DNA of 64,000 bases. Origin: Chrysomallon squamiferum (lineage: Eukaryota; Animalia; Mollusca). The notes under the pieces were generated by a model. The model did not search any database. It was not told the origin of the DNA and was given only the letters and a program-made list of their open reading frames with translations. Numbering within the stretch: the first letter of the stretch is position 1; each line of letters starts with the position of its first letter. The DNA lies in assembly GCA_012295275.1 (NCBI GenBank), contig CM022666.1, forward strand, positions 12,090,001 to 12,154,000. The letters run 5' to 3'. Of this stretch, positions 1-56,105 are shown piece after piece. A program made the translations under genes and the position numbers.

Positions 1-562
1 ATATGTAATTTTTGTATATATTTATTGTTCCAAAAATAAAGAATATTTCAATATTAAACTGTTTTACTTGTTACTTGTGCTTATAGTTATTTTTAATTTA
101 AATATTTAATGTTTAATTTATTAAATTAATATAACTGAGCAATTTTCTATTTTGTTAATTCTTTAAAAAATATATTTTTATTTGTTTAGTTAGCACTGAA
201 TTATTATTTGGAGATGCAGATATTGAAAAAAAGATAAATAGTGCATACTTTTTAGCAAATATGACAAATATTTGTAAATGTCAAGCAACTCTGATTTGTT
301 TTAGTGGTATGCTGCTGTGAAAAGAGAATCCATGCTCTTTGAAATAAACCATTTATTTCATGAATTTAAATAAGTGCAAATAAATCATTTCCTCAATTTT
401 CTAATGGGATCTTTTTAAAACAGTGTTTTACATTGAAGAAGAAACACTTTCATGTCACTGCTGAAGGTGTTCTCACTATTTCTGATAAACAAACCATTTT
501 TAAAATACGTGTTATAAAAGAAACACTTTATAAAAGCAAATCTAGGTGAATATGTTTATATA

Positions 563-597
<35 letters not shown>

Positions 598-739
598 CAA
601 TACCGTTTGTGAATATAATATTAAAATACAGTTAGTTAATAAGAGAACACTAAATTATTGTTGTCTTTTCTTTTTCTTTCTTTCTTTTTAAATTAGTTAA
701 TTTATTACTATGTATATTTATTTTCTTCATTAACATATA

Positions 740-862
740 CAAAATGTACACAAACGGAATATCAATAGGTTATCAAACATCGAGTTCAAAATCGACTGGT
801 CTCTTAAAATAATGGAGGAAACGTTAACATTTACAGGAAGAAAGACGCCAGACATATACAAA

Positions 863-870
<8 letters not shown>
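740..870 (+). promoter_or_regulatory. Putative U2SURP promoter / 5' UTR region
   Basis: Local retention of CpG dinucleotides from about 740 to 1430 in otherwise CpG-poor DNA; a YY1-like CAAAATGGC motif overlaps the ATG at 863. The TSS cannot be located from sequence. Confidence 0.4.
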
Positions 871-19264
<18,394 letters not shown>

Positions 19265-20329
19265 AGACGTGTTGTGTGTTATTTATGTCTCTATCAAACC
19301 AAACTGAACAAATTATGAAATAAATTTACATTTACAAACTCTTATTTTGATGGACCTCAGATTGACGATCCACGGAACATTGCATTTTAAAGCAAACACT
19401 GTCAAGAATAATATAGTGGTAAAGTACAGATAGAGTGTGTGCAGAGTTGTCAGTAATGTATTAAAACTGACTGCCAAACACAGGACTTTGATTTTTATCA
19501 TAAATGGTTTGTCTTTCTACAGTGCTGATGGTGGAATATTAGGAAGTCATATTTTCTAGGAAGTCATTTTTTCTGGGTTAAGTTATAATCTTAATTGTAA
19601 AAATTTATCAGTGAAAAAAAAACTTATCACTTTTATAAATATCCATTCATAATGAAACTCTACTTTTTCTTTACTTTTCTGTTTTATATGAAAGAAGAGT
19701 TCACAATGTCTTTTAAAAAATATGAAATTGAAATGTAGTTTATAATTTTAATTTTAAAAACGTGATACAATCATATATGTCGTGTATTTTTTATTATTAT
19801 TTATTATGAATTTTTTTTTTTTTTTTTTTTTAATTCATTATCATAAAGTTGTGTAATTGTTTATTTCAAGTCTACAACTTTCCCCTTACTCAGGAGTTCA
19901 TTCTTTCCTTCATATCTGCAGGTTCTGAATTTCTGAAATTTATAAACTAACATAATACATATTACGGTCCATCAAGTGAAATACCAACATGAAATTCATT
20001 TCTTCTGCTTTTCATTTTCATTATTTGTATGTAAAAAAAAAAAAAAAAAAAAAAAAGGAGGTCAGGTGGAACCTCCCCAAGGTCATATTGATTATTTATA
20101 TGAATTTTTTTTACCCTCTTCTGATTTAATTTTTCATTTAAAATAACTAATATTTTTCTGAAAATTAAACATACAATTAAATATGTATTTATTAGAAACC
20201 ATGACATTCTGAAATAATAAGTGTATTTGTTAATGTTAAAAAGTTAAAAGATTGCATTAGTAGAGTTATTATTCTCAACTAAATTGTTATGTGATCTCTA
20301 AATTTAGAATTCTTTATTAAATAACACCA

Positions 20330-20390
20330 CTGATTTTGCATTTACTTTCTGTGGTTGTTGGCAACTGAAATGAAAGGTATTATTTTGTAT
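20330..20390 (+). repeat. 61-bp dispersed direct repeat, copy 1
   Basis: 59/61 identical to 24808-24868. Confidence 0.9.
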
Positions 20391-20521
20391 AAACTCAATA
20401 ATTAAAATCCACATAAAAACAATTTATAAAGCTTGTACAACAACAGGTAGCCATTTACAATTCCAGTTTATCAAGCAACAAAAGTCTCTTGTTTGATTTG
20501 TGCTGTTCACCATGATACTGG

Positions 20522-20527
20522 TATTAC

Positions 20528-20585
<58 letters not shown>

Positions 20586-20630
20586 TTTTATATTATTATT
20601 AATTGTTGTATTTATTATTATTATTATTAA
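20522..20630. repeat. (TAT)n microsatellite
   Basis: Directly visible. Confidence 0.92.
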
Positions 20631-23600
20631 ATTGCTTATTTAGCATGTCTACCACATCAACACCAGTAGTACTTACATTATATATTTATACATTTATAAA
20701 CTGTAACAAGGATTTGTTTGTTCTCATTTCTATACTTTTTATTTTTCTGGTAATTGCAAAAAGTTAAAAAAGAAAAGAAAAGAAAAAATCTTTTTTTTTA
20801 AAGTATTGTTTATCTTTAAATATTTACTAATAATGTTTCCCAAGAAAATGTTTGTCATAAAGGTTGAAAAGCTTACCATGAATTGATGATGTAACACATC
20901 TGTGTGTTTTGACAAGCTCTGTTGTGTTGTTGTTGATCATATATTTGTATATATATAACATTTGTACATTGCTGTTGTGTGAACACTGATGGACTGAAAG
21001 TAGATGGATGGATGAATGGACAGATTTATCTAACAGTTGTGACACCACCCTATTGATGCTGTTTGTGCCAATAAACTGTTATTACTGTAATTACTTTGTT
21101 TTAGTCATTTAGCTTAGAATCATTTTTAATGTTTACAGAGCTGTGAAGATTTTGCTGTGTTACAGTGAAGATTGTATTTAGCACTACCATGTGTTTTGAC
21201 ATCCAAAATCTATCATATTTCTGTTATAATAATACCGAAACACAAAACTTGTGAGTGTATAAATTGCTGAATAGTAATGAGCTTTTATATGTATCTTCCA
21301 GTGCAATTAACGATTTCCTCAGGCTATTTCTGTTGTATTAACAGTTTGGTAAATAGTACACAAACCCACTGATTTAATTTTATAATATGATATACACTGA
21401 TGGTCTGTATCATTTTGTGAATGGTATTTAGATATAGGTAAAAGAGGACTTAGTAAATCAGAAAGGATTCCGTACATCTAAGGTTGCAGGTTAATTGATC
21501 TGAACTGAGTATTTTCCACACATTAAGAGTAAAATTCTAGTTTCCAGTTTATTTAGGCTTAAATCAATTTGATAAACAGTAAAAATCTTTTTTATAGGGC
21601 AACTAATAAAATCACTGATTGAAACTTGCCATTTCAATTCATTGTGTGATTTTGTTTGACAGTTAATACTCCTATGAAACATGTTAGATGTGCACCTGAC
21701 AAAAAACAAAGACATAAAGTAGATCACATTGACTTTATTCAGTAAAATGTTCTTAGTCCCTGCCAAAGTATTAAGTTTTAACTGATTTATTTAAAACTGG
21801 CCATAATTTTTATTTTTTGACTGAAATGTCCCCACCCTTTATGTATTAGACCAGAAATTTCACATTTTTTATTTTTTTTTGTATGCTTCAAGGACTTGCA
21901 AGTATATGGTGATTTTATACTTCCTAAATTAATCTTATAATAAAGTTATAAAGAATGACCTATATTTTGACATTGAAATGTTTACTGTCAACCTCTCAAT
22001 ACTAGTTTAGTTTCAGTATTATAAGAAATGATTTTAACTTGTACAGTAGTATTTTATAGTATTGGATAATAATCACACAGGAACATGCATAAGCACTTTG
22101 TAACAACATTAAGTCAGTTTAATATACTGGATAATAATTGTAAATGATGGTTATTAAAAAGTAACTAGCCTCCATCACATTTTGATTTAAGAATAAATTT
22201 AAAATAACAACATAACTTTTGTTGGTCATCAATTACAAAATTTAATTTTAGAACCTATCCTGTTTAATTATTAACTTTTTAATATATTTTCTTAAATCGT
22301 TGTATGTATAATGTAAAACTGTAGTTCTGAAAACAAAAGAAAATTCTACTTAAGCAATAAAGCGACAGAAAATTTGGTTTTATTTCAGTAATAAATACAA
22401 GTACAATGTGCTGTTGCTTATAAATAGTATAATAATAATGTACTTTAATCTACATACAGAGGTGTTTGAGTAACTCAAACACACTTTGAGCAACTGATGT
22501 GGAAAAACGTATTTGAGGATGGAAAATGAGCAAATGCTACAGCTAGTTGTTGATCAGAATACACTTCCAAGTCCCAGGAGCATACAAGAAGCACCAAGTT
22601 TACATGTTTATTAAAAAAAATGTATCTTACAAAAGTACAAAATTTCAACATATATATATCTAACGAAAAAGTATTTTTTATTTTCCATAGAACATTTCAA
22701 TTTGATTTTTTAAACAAAAACAACTATTCCACGCATTATAATACAAGTGAAAGCGTTGACTAGAAACACAAGTACAGATTGCACATTTTCTAATAAAAAG
22801 GTCAAAAGCCTACATTAAAAATGTTCTGTAGGCTTAATTATAAAAATTTATAATTCATAGAAGCCTATATAAAAAATGAAAGCAGAATAATAAAAAAAAA
22901 AAATGTACATGAGTATTGGGTATAATAAAACTTTACGAAATTCTGTCATAAAAAAAAACTTTGAAAAATGACCTAACAGCTAAATTAATATATCTACAAA
23001 AGGCTAATACAGTCTGAGATCACATGCAGTAGATAAAACTGATCTCATTTATTTTAACACTGTAAAGACTACATTAATTACATTGTGGCTACATACATGA
23101 GAATTCAAAATTTATTCTTTCATATATATTTTTAAAATTTTGTTGAGTCCAGAGAAACAGAAAGATTGAACAGTACTGATTTATTAACAATATGACTAAC
23201 TGAACTCTGATTTTTTTTTTTTACAGATTAATTAACACACAAGACTATGCAAAATGAAGTAGCTATCGCAAAAACCTTTCACATTCGGAGATGAACCAGA
23301 ACAAATAATACTGTCATAGTTTTATATTGAAATACTCCTGTAATCAATTGCAAAACTGAAAAAAATATTCCATGTATCAATAAAAAATGAGAAAAATAGT
23401 CTCTTTATCAACTGAGGAAAAAAAAACACTTTTCTTTTATTGAGAAATTGAGACAATACTCTCTACATCAGTTGAAAATATTAAAAAAAACCCAAAAACT
23501 GTTTGAATATCCTTTAATGTTTGAAGTATCTATTTATGTTTTATTAATTTTTACCAATGGTTTTCTGTTATTATTTATGACAGAAAAATCACATTTACAT

Positions 23601-24495
23601 ATGGTAATGGTGACAAATGACAAGATAGATGTAAAAGCTTGGTTATATGACAGTATATTTATAGGGTCATCACCGAAATGTGAAGGTGTTGAGTGACGCT
23701 AAACTTTGAACTAAGCTAACAATCACACAGTTACTTACATTGTAGATGGCAGTGAATGTGAAACAATCACAGAGTGTTGGACAAACTGTTTGGTGTATGT
23801 ATTCTCTCCACACCCACATGTATAATACTGATAATAACTCACTAGGGGATTAAAAATAGTGTTATATGTTTTTACTAAACTGTGTCTTACATGTTAATGT
23901 GTTTTTATGTATTCTTCATTTTAATTTAGTATTCAAGAACAGGTGGCTCTGATCACAAACCTTAAATATTAGTCAAGTTCAGCTATGATATAAAAATCTT
24001 GAAATAATTCCTTTGTGTCAAAAAATATCAACATATTATTTTTTAAATACAGATTTAATTATCAAGTCAATTTTTTGCAGGTAAAGACTACATAATCAAC
24101 TTCTTTTTTCAAGATGAATTTTTAATAAATTATTTATTTTAAAAAATGTCTTTCAAAAAGAACATTTGTGTGAAAAATAAGAAAGACAGTATGGTGAAAT
24201 GTCCCTGACTGACTGTACTAAATTAAAAAGAAATGTAATATGTAAAGTGGGAGAGACATTTCAGTTAAACCATGTGAAGAGAACAATACACTAACAGCAT
24301 AAATATCGTCATGACGATGTATTAGAACAAGAGCATTGAGCGATTCCAGTCGTCAGGCACAAACAAACTCGGTATAGCACATTATATTAGTTTTAGAGCA
24401 CCTCAGTTCCATGTTGAATAAACTTGTATACCTTGTCTATACAGTGCTGCAGCAACAGACTTCCATCTAGAAGTTAACACTAATCTCTGGGTTAC

Positions 24496-49676
<25,181 letters not shown>

Positions 49677-49975
49677 CTGCAATACAAAAAAATAAAAATA
49701 TTATCAGTAACATTTATAAAATAGATTTTTAAAACAAACAAACTATAAAGGTGTTGTGACATGTTAATGAAAGCTATATGTATACATTTTGTCTATGTAT
49801 GTGTATCTTTAACAAATAAAACAAAAAGAAATCACAACAAGCATCCATTAGTTTAAAAGATCAATTAAAAGTGAAGTCTGAGGCAAACAAGACAGAAATA
49901 TAAAAAATATGATTGTGTCAAGTAATTGTAAAACAAAACCTATTTCAAATAATTTATAAATCAACTCTTATAAAA

Positions 49976-50421
49976 ACAAACTATTAGAAATGACACTATA
50001 AAGTCTAGAACAAACATATTTGTAGTGACTGTACAAAGTTTAGAACAAACCTATTTGAAGTGACTGTACAAAGTCTAGAACAAGCCTATTTGAAGTGACT
50101 GTACAAAGTCTAGAACAAGCCTATTTGAAGTGACTGTGTAAAGTCTAGAACAAACGTATTTGAAGTGACTGTACAAAGTCTAGAACAAGCCTATTTGAAG
50201 TGACTGTACAAAGTCTAGAACAAGCCTATTTGAAGTGACTGTGTAAAGTCTAGAACAAACCTATTTGAAGTGACTGTGTAAAGTCTAGAACAAACCTATT
50301 TGAAGTGACTGTGTAAAGTCTAGAACAAACCTGTTTGAAGTGACTGTGTTAAGTCTAGAACAAACCTATTTGAAGTGACTGTGTAAAGTCTAGAACAAAC
50401 CTATTTGAAGTGATTATGTAA
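49976..50421. repeat. 35-bp minisatellite, about 12 copies
   Basis: Unit CTATTTGAAGTGACTGTRYAAAGTCTAGAACAARC, period 35 (for example 50051, 50086, 50121). Confidence 0.95.
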
Positions 50422-51961
50422 AGAGAGATATTACACAACCTTGTATCACTAATTAAGTTAACGAATGAAAGGAGAAAACCTTCTGCAGTAATTAAAACAG
50501 ATATGTATGATGCTAACCTGAGGTTAATGAACTGTACATTTTTAACTCACACTTAACGAGTCAGTGAAAAATGTTAATTTGTAACTGAGGTGCACTAACT
50601 GCAAACACAGCGGAAAAAAGAAAAAACAGGATAAAAATTGCAGATGAAGCAGATATATTGAAGAAAAGTTTGTAAGAACATAAAGAAAACAATGAACTGA
50701 TTTTTGTGTGTACAGTGTCTGACCAGACGTCTGAGTGTACAGGAAATGATTTCCGCAGTACGGTGGTGTCCACTTGAAACTATCGTTTGGTATTTCCTTT
50801 AAGTCATAGTTTACTTTCTACATTCTGACTTACAGCTTGGTGAGCTCAAAACACAGTGAAAAATAACATCAACAATTCAGTGTTTTTAATATATCCATGT
50901 TTAAATATACACTGAGATCATGGAAGTATGTATAATGTTTAAACTCTTGTTTAAAATTATAAATAAATAAATAATTAAATAAATGAAACAGTAATAATTA
51001 CTAATAACAAACTAGCACAATAATAATTATTATTATTTTAATATTGTTAATATTATCATCTTTATCATCAACAAATTTATTTTTAATTGATTTTTCAAAT
51101 ATAACCTAAAATAACATTAAAACTGAGAAAGTGCAGAAAACACAGAAGTTCTGTTTAAATATAAATTATGTGTTTATCTTAACAATAAATTATCAGAGAG
51201 ATATTTTTTTCTGCTCTCTCTCATTTCAGAGCCATTTTAATGGAAACCAGATTTGTGCACCCTCCCCCACCCCTGTCTGCAAGCTGATGTGGGTTTATTC
51301 AGTCTGGCATTTCTGGGAATATTCAGGAACTGACCTCAAGTCAGATGAACCAAGTCTGGAAATGTCTGCTTCTGTTCATTGAGTGTTTCCCCCGGGAGAG
51401 GGAGGGATTGGCTGGGTAAATGTCAAATGTCCATCTTTGACAAGTTCTTCCTCTTGTCTTAAACATTTTTTCTTTTACATTACCATTTTTTAGTTTTTAT
51501 CTCTACATTATGAGTGAGTTGTTTGTATGTGCATGTGTATTTTTATGTGTGTGTATGAGTTTTTAATTTTTATGTCTATTATATACATGTTTGAGTTGTA
51601 TGCACATATGTATACATGTATATGTAAGTATGTATATATGTACGTGTGTACATGTGTGTTTATATGTGTGCATGCATGTAAGCATGTGTGCATAGTTTGT
51701 CTGTATTAAGTTTACTGAGCTAGGTCAGGTAAAAACACATTCCACATTTCAAGTTGTATACATCTGACTTACTGTGCAATACACTCTAGCATACTTCAGA
51801 TGCCACTGTTTATATACTGCAGTTTCAAAGCTTGTGTGGAAGTTTGCTGCAGATCACCAAAGCTTCAGTTCTGCACCTCACTGTACTTGCCTCTTTTTTT
51901 TCACTGATGTTTGGCTTTTTTGTAAAGAATCTCAGATCCTAGTGTTCATATATATGTTTGG

Positions 51962-51992
<31 letters not shown>

Positions 51993-53231
51993 AATTCTCA
52001 TTAAACATTTTTGTATGTATTTATGCATACTGTGTATGTGTGCATGTGAGTGTATATCTGTGTTTGTGTGTGTTTGTATGTATATATGTATGTATGTATG
52101 TATGTACGTTCGGCCATCTAATTCAGATCTGGGTCATATTAATGAAAAAAAAAAAACCTCAGTTTTATACCACTGAAAATATTGTAAATAAAAAGATGGG
52201 GTAAAAACACAAACAAAAAATGACTGTCTGTCAGTTCTTTCGTTTGTCTAAACATGTTAAAGAAAGAAGAAAGATAAGTAAGTGAGGCAGTGATAAGAAA
52301 GATAAGGAAAGAAAAACATGTATTTTTTCTGCTATCAAATGTTGATTATCTACAGAGTACAGTACAGCTGATATACAGGTAATACTATCAGTAAGTCTTG
52401 TAGTGTTTCACCAATCTGAGATTCGTTGGAAACAAAGTTTATATCACTCAGTGAGTAACACATTTCTTTCTGGGTGGGAATGATTTGGATGATGTCATCA
52501 TTTTGAAAAAAAACAAAAAAAAACATTGCGTGGGTTTTAAATTTGTTTTATGAACATCTGCTGTCTGCCCACAAGCTGACTCTTTCAGAAAATGTGTTCA
52601 TGTTTACTTCTCTGATGACATCATTTAAGAACCACTTGTGTAGATATTTCAGCCCTCCCATCAGATTATATAACAGATAAAATCATTAAAGAAAAGATAC
52701 TTTTTAAATGCGGGGTCATTGAAGTAACAAACAAAAAGATTTTTCAATTCGCAGTAATACTATTATGTAATTGATAAACATTTTCAAGAATACAGAATTT
52801 TCAAAAAAAATCATCAGACATTTTTTTAATATGACTCAGGATTTTACCATTTCCTCCACAATAATTTTTACTTTCCATTACTTAGCTATTTTAGATATCA
52901 GTGATGAGGTCATTAGCAAGGAATTCTGCAGATTGGCTTAGTTCATCTCAAAGATACATTATCTGTGTGAAGATAGGTCACTTATCTCAGCAAAAGTCAT
53001 TAAAGACTAAGTATATTACAAGTGTTTTCTGTTCACTAAGGAAATAATTCTGCTTAATGACATTCTAATAATTTCCTGTTCTTCACTGTTTATAAAATGT
53101 GGTGGGATGGTTTGATATAAATAGTTAGATATAAATAGTTTTCACAGACTGAGTGCGATCATTTTCCTGTTTCATTGCATATGAACATTTTAGTCAGTTG
53201 CTTATGAAAAATGATGTAAATTTGTATAAAT

Positions 53232-53326
53232 GTGTGTCTGTGTGTGTGTGTGTGTGTGTGTGTTTTGGAGGAATGGATGTACTTAATTATCTACAAAAAC
53301 CACATAAAACACCTCACGTTTGTTTT

Positions 53327-53366
<40 letters not shown>
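53232..53366. repeat. (GT)n followed by (AC)n microsatellites (mutually complementary)
   Basis: (GT)n at about 53232-53262 and (AC)n at about 53330-53366. Confidence 0.9.
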
Positions 53367-53370
<4 letters not shown>

Positions 53371-55145
53371 GTAAACATGTTTCCTGGAAGGAACACCATC
53401 CCAGCATTTTTCACACTAAAAGCATAATAAAGCTGACTTGTTGCCATGGAGACAAACAAGCTTTATGCAGTGGAGTGTGGGAGAGTCTGTTCTGACAACA
53501 CCAAGGTCAGCCATCATGTAAGCCATTTCTGTGCAGTTTGAAAATGTAAACAAGTGCAGGGTAAACAAGATAACATCCACTCCTTTTTGCTGAATGTTTA
53601 TCTCTCACACACTCACCCACAATCCAACAGTCTCAGAAAAGAAAATTAAAATGAAACAGAAGCTAAGTAATTTCATAATGTAATATAAAAGCAAAACAAA
53701 AAGATCTATATATATATATATATATTTGCAAGCTGAGATTAAACATTCTGGTAAAGTTAAATTTATATATTATATTTAATAATGTCATATGAGATTTTTT
53801 GTAAATCTTCATAAACATGTTTTTAATTTAAAACACTTTTTTCTTTGTTTATTTTATTTTTTAAATTCTTTTATTTCTTGTTATAACTATTATTACTATT
53901 ATTATTATTAAATTTATTATTATTATTATTAAAGTTATTATTATTATTATATTTATTATTATTAATACTAAAATGTATTAGGATTTTTAAAAAAGAATAC
54001 CTATTTATCGTTTTGTTTTACATTGTCTGTGTAACATTATAAAACGATTTAGCTTCTGCTATTTATTTTATATATATTTAAAAAAGACTGAAATAATTAC
54101 ATCACGCTATGACACCACACTTGACCTGTGACTAACTGCAGTGTACCCAGACACAGTCAGAAAACACAGATGAACTGGTAACATTTTCTAATGCGTGTAT
54201 ATTGTTTTGTGTAACAACACTCAGATCTTACAGCCCCCATACACTAAATGATATCATAAAGACACAGTGTTTGTATTGGTGCCAAGCCAGAATCATGGTT
54301 GTTTCAAATAATTCCAGGAAATGAATGCAGTGTTGTGAGTATAGGAGTGATTTCATGAAAAACGTGACAGTTCTCTAACCAGCGTGTACAAAATATATCA
54401 CCTCACCCCATGTTGCAATACTACATTTCCATTTTTAGAATTTAATAGTTACCAGCAAAATGAAGTATTCATTTATATATTGTTTTGTGTGTATAAATGA
54501 GTTTGTCTTTGCATGTCTATTATGTATTTGTGTATGTGTTTATTTATTTATTGAGTTTATACCATTTGTTAGACAGAATATAATTATATCATTATCTAAT
54601 TATTCTATTCTATTACAATTTAATTTATATTTAAGTGTTGTTGTTTTTTAAAGCAATTATGGGAGCAACATTTTGCCAAAAACACATTTACTATGCTTCA
54701 AATTTCTTTCTAGGCTTGAGGCCAGCATGTATAATCATTCAATAAAATCAGTTTGAAGTAAAAAAACAAAACAAAATTTCAACACAGTATGAAAAGAGCA
54801 AAAAAAGACACCTTCAAAGAATTAAATGTTGTCTAAATTTCATTACTTTCAAGTGAAAGGAAACTGGTCAGGTGAAAATGAACTGACTGTTTGTGGATGG
54901 TTATAGTCAGTGCTAGTAAGTGGTAAGTTTATTGAGCTGATGTGAAGTAAACTGATATGTAATGACCCAGTGTTATCTACGTAGTGACGTCATTCAACCC
55001 CAAACTTCAGATAACCATCACAGGAATTATACTGTACAGCAGTTGGATGATTTCATTATCACTGCTATTTACTCTTTAAGTTATTGGTGTGTGTGTGTGT
55101 GAGGGAGAGAGAGAGACATAGGCCTACACACAGAGAAAAAGAAAG

Positions 55146-55186
<41 letters not shown>

Positions 55187-55721
55187 AAGAAGAACTACTT
55201 AACAGTGACTTAGTGTTGTTATTGGTGTCTTTTCTTTTTCCTGTATATTCTAAACAACCTTACTGACTGCAGAGTGTAATTTTACATTTAAATAAAACAT
55301 CTCTGTATGTTCTCGTGTAGACTTACTGCTGAAAATATAATATTCTCACTGTGACTTTGTTTCAGTATGTTGTTAAAGATTTGTTCAAACGTGTTTTCAC
55401 TAAACTGTGCAAGAGACTGTCTCATAAAACTTTGTTATTTATTAACTACTTTGAAAATTACAAAACTTTCTCTCATTTGACAGAAACCATTAAAAATAAT
55501 TTTTTTTTTCCTTTTCTTCTACAAGTTTTGTTGTTTTGTTTCTGTTTTTTTTTTTTGTATTATTACTACTATTAAGAAATGCTTGGTATTCAAACTGAGT
55601 GCGCAAACAAGGTTTTCACTGCTCAGAATACAAGCAAGTCAGAAAAAATCAGTTTGACATTGGCAAGCACGGAACAGTTTGCCTGGCTCCCTGAACTAAA
55701 CCTCTTATCACAACCTGTCAT

Positions 55722-55820
55722 AGACTGAAATATCCTGTGTTTTGTGGAAGCAGACTGAAATATCCTGTGTTTTGTGAAGCAGACTGAAATATCCTGTGTT
55801 TTGTGAAGCAGACTGAGATA
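55722..55820. repeat. 29-30-bp tandem repeat, about 3 copies
   Basis: AGACTGAAATATCCTGTGTTTTGTG(G)AAGC repeated. Confidence 0.85.
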
Positions 55821-55821
55821 C

Positions 55822-55859
<38 letters not shown>

Positions 55860-55866
55860 AAAAAAA

Positions 55867-56105
<239 letters not shown>

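Noticed and set aside
424-545. AG...GT-bounded open segment upstream of U2SURP (CFTLKKKHFHVTAEGVLTISDK...)
   Set aside because: No recognisable homology and no partner exons; the conserved MADK start is at 863.
50834-50870. ATG-initiated hydrophobic stretch before a GTAAGT donor as a possible collagen signal-peptide exon
   Set aside because: In-frame TGA after MLFFTVF.
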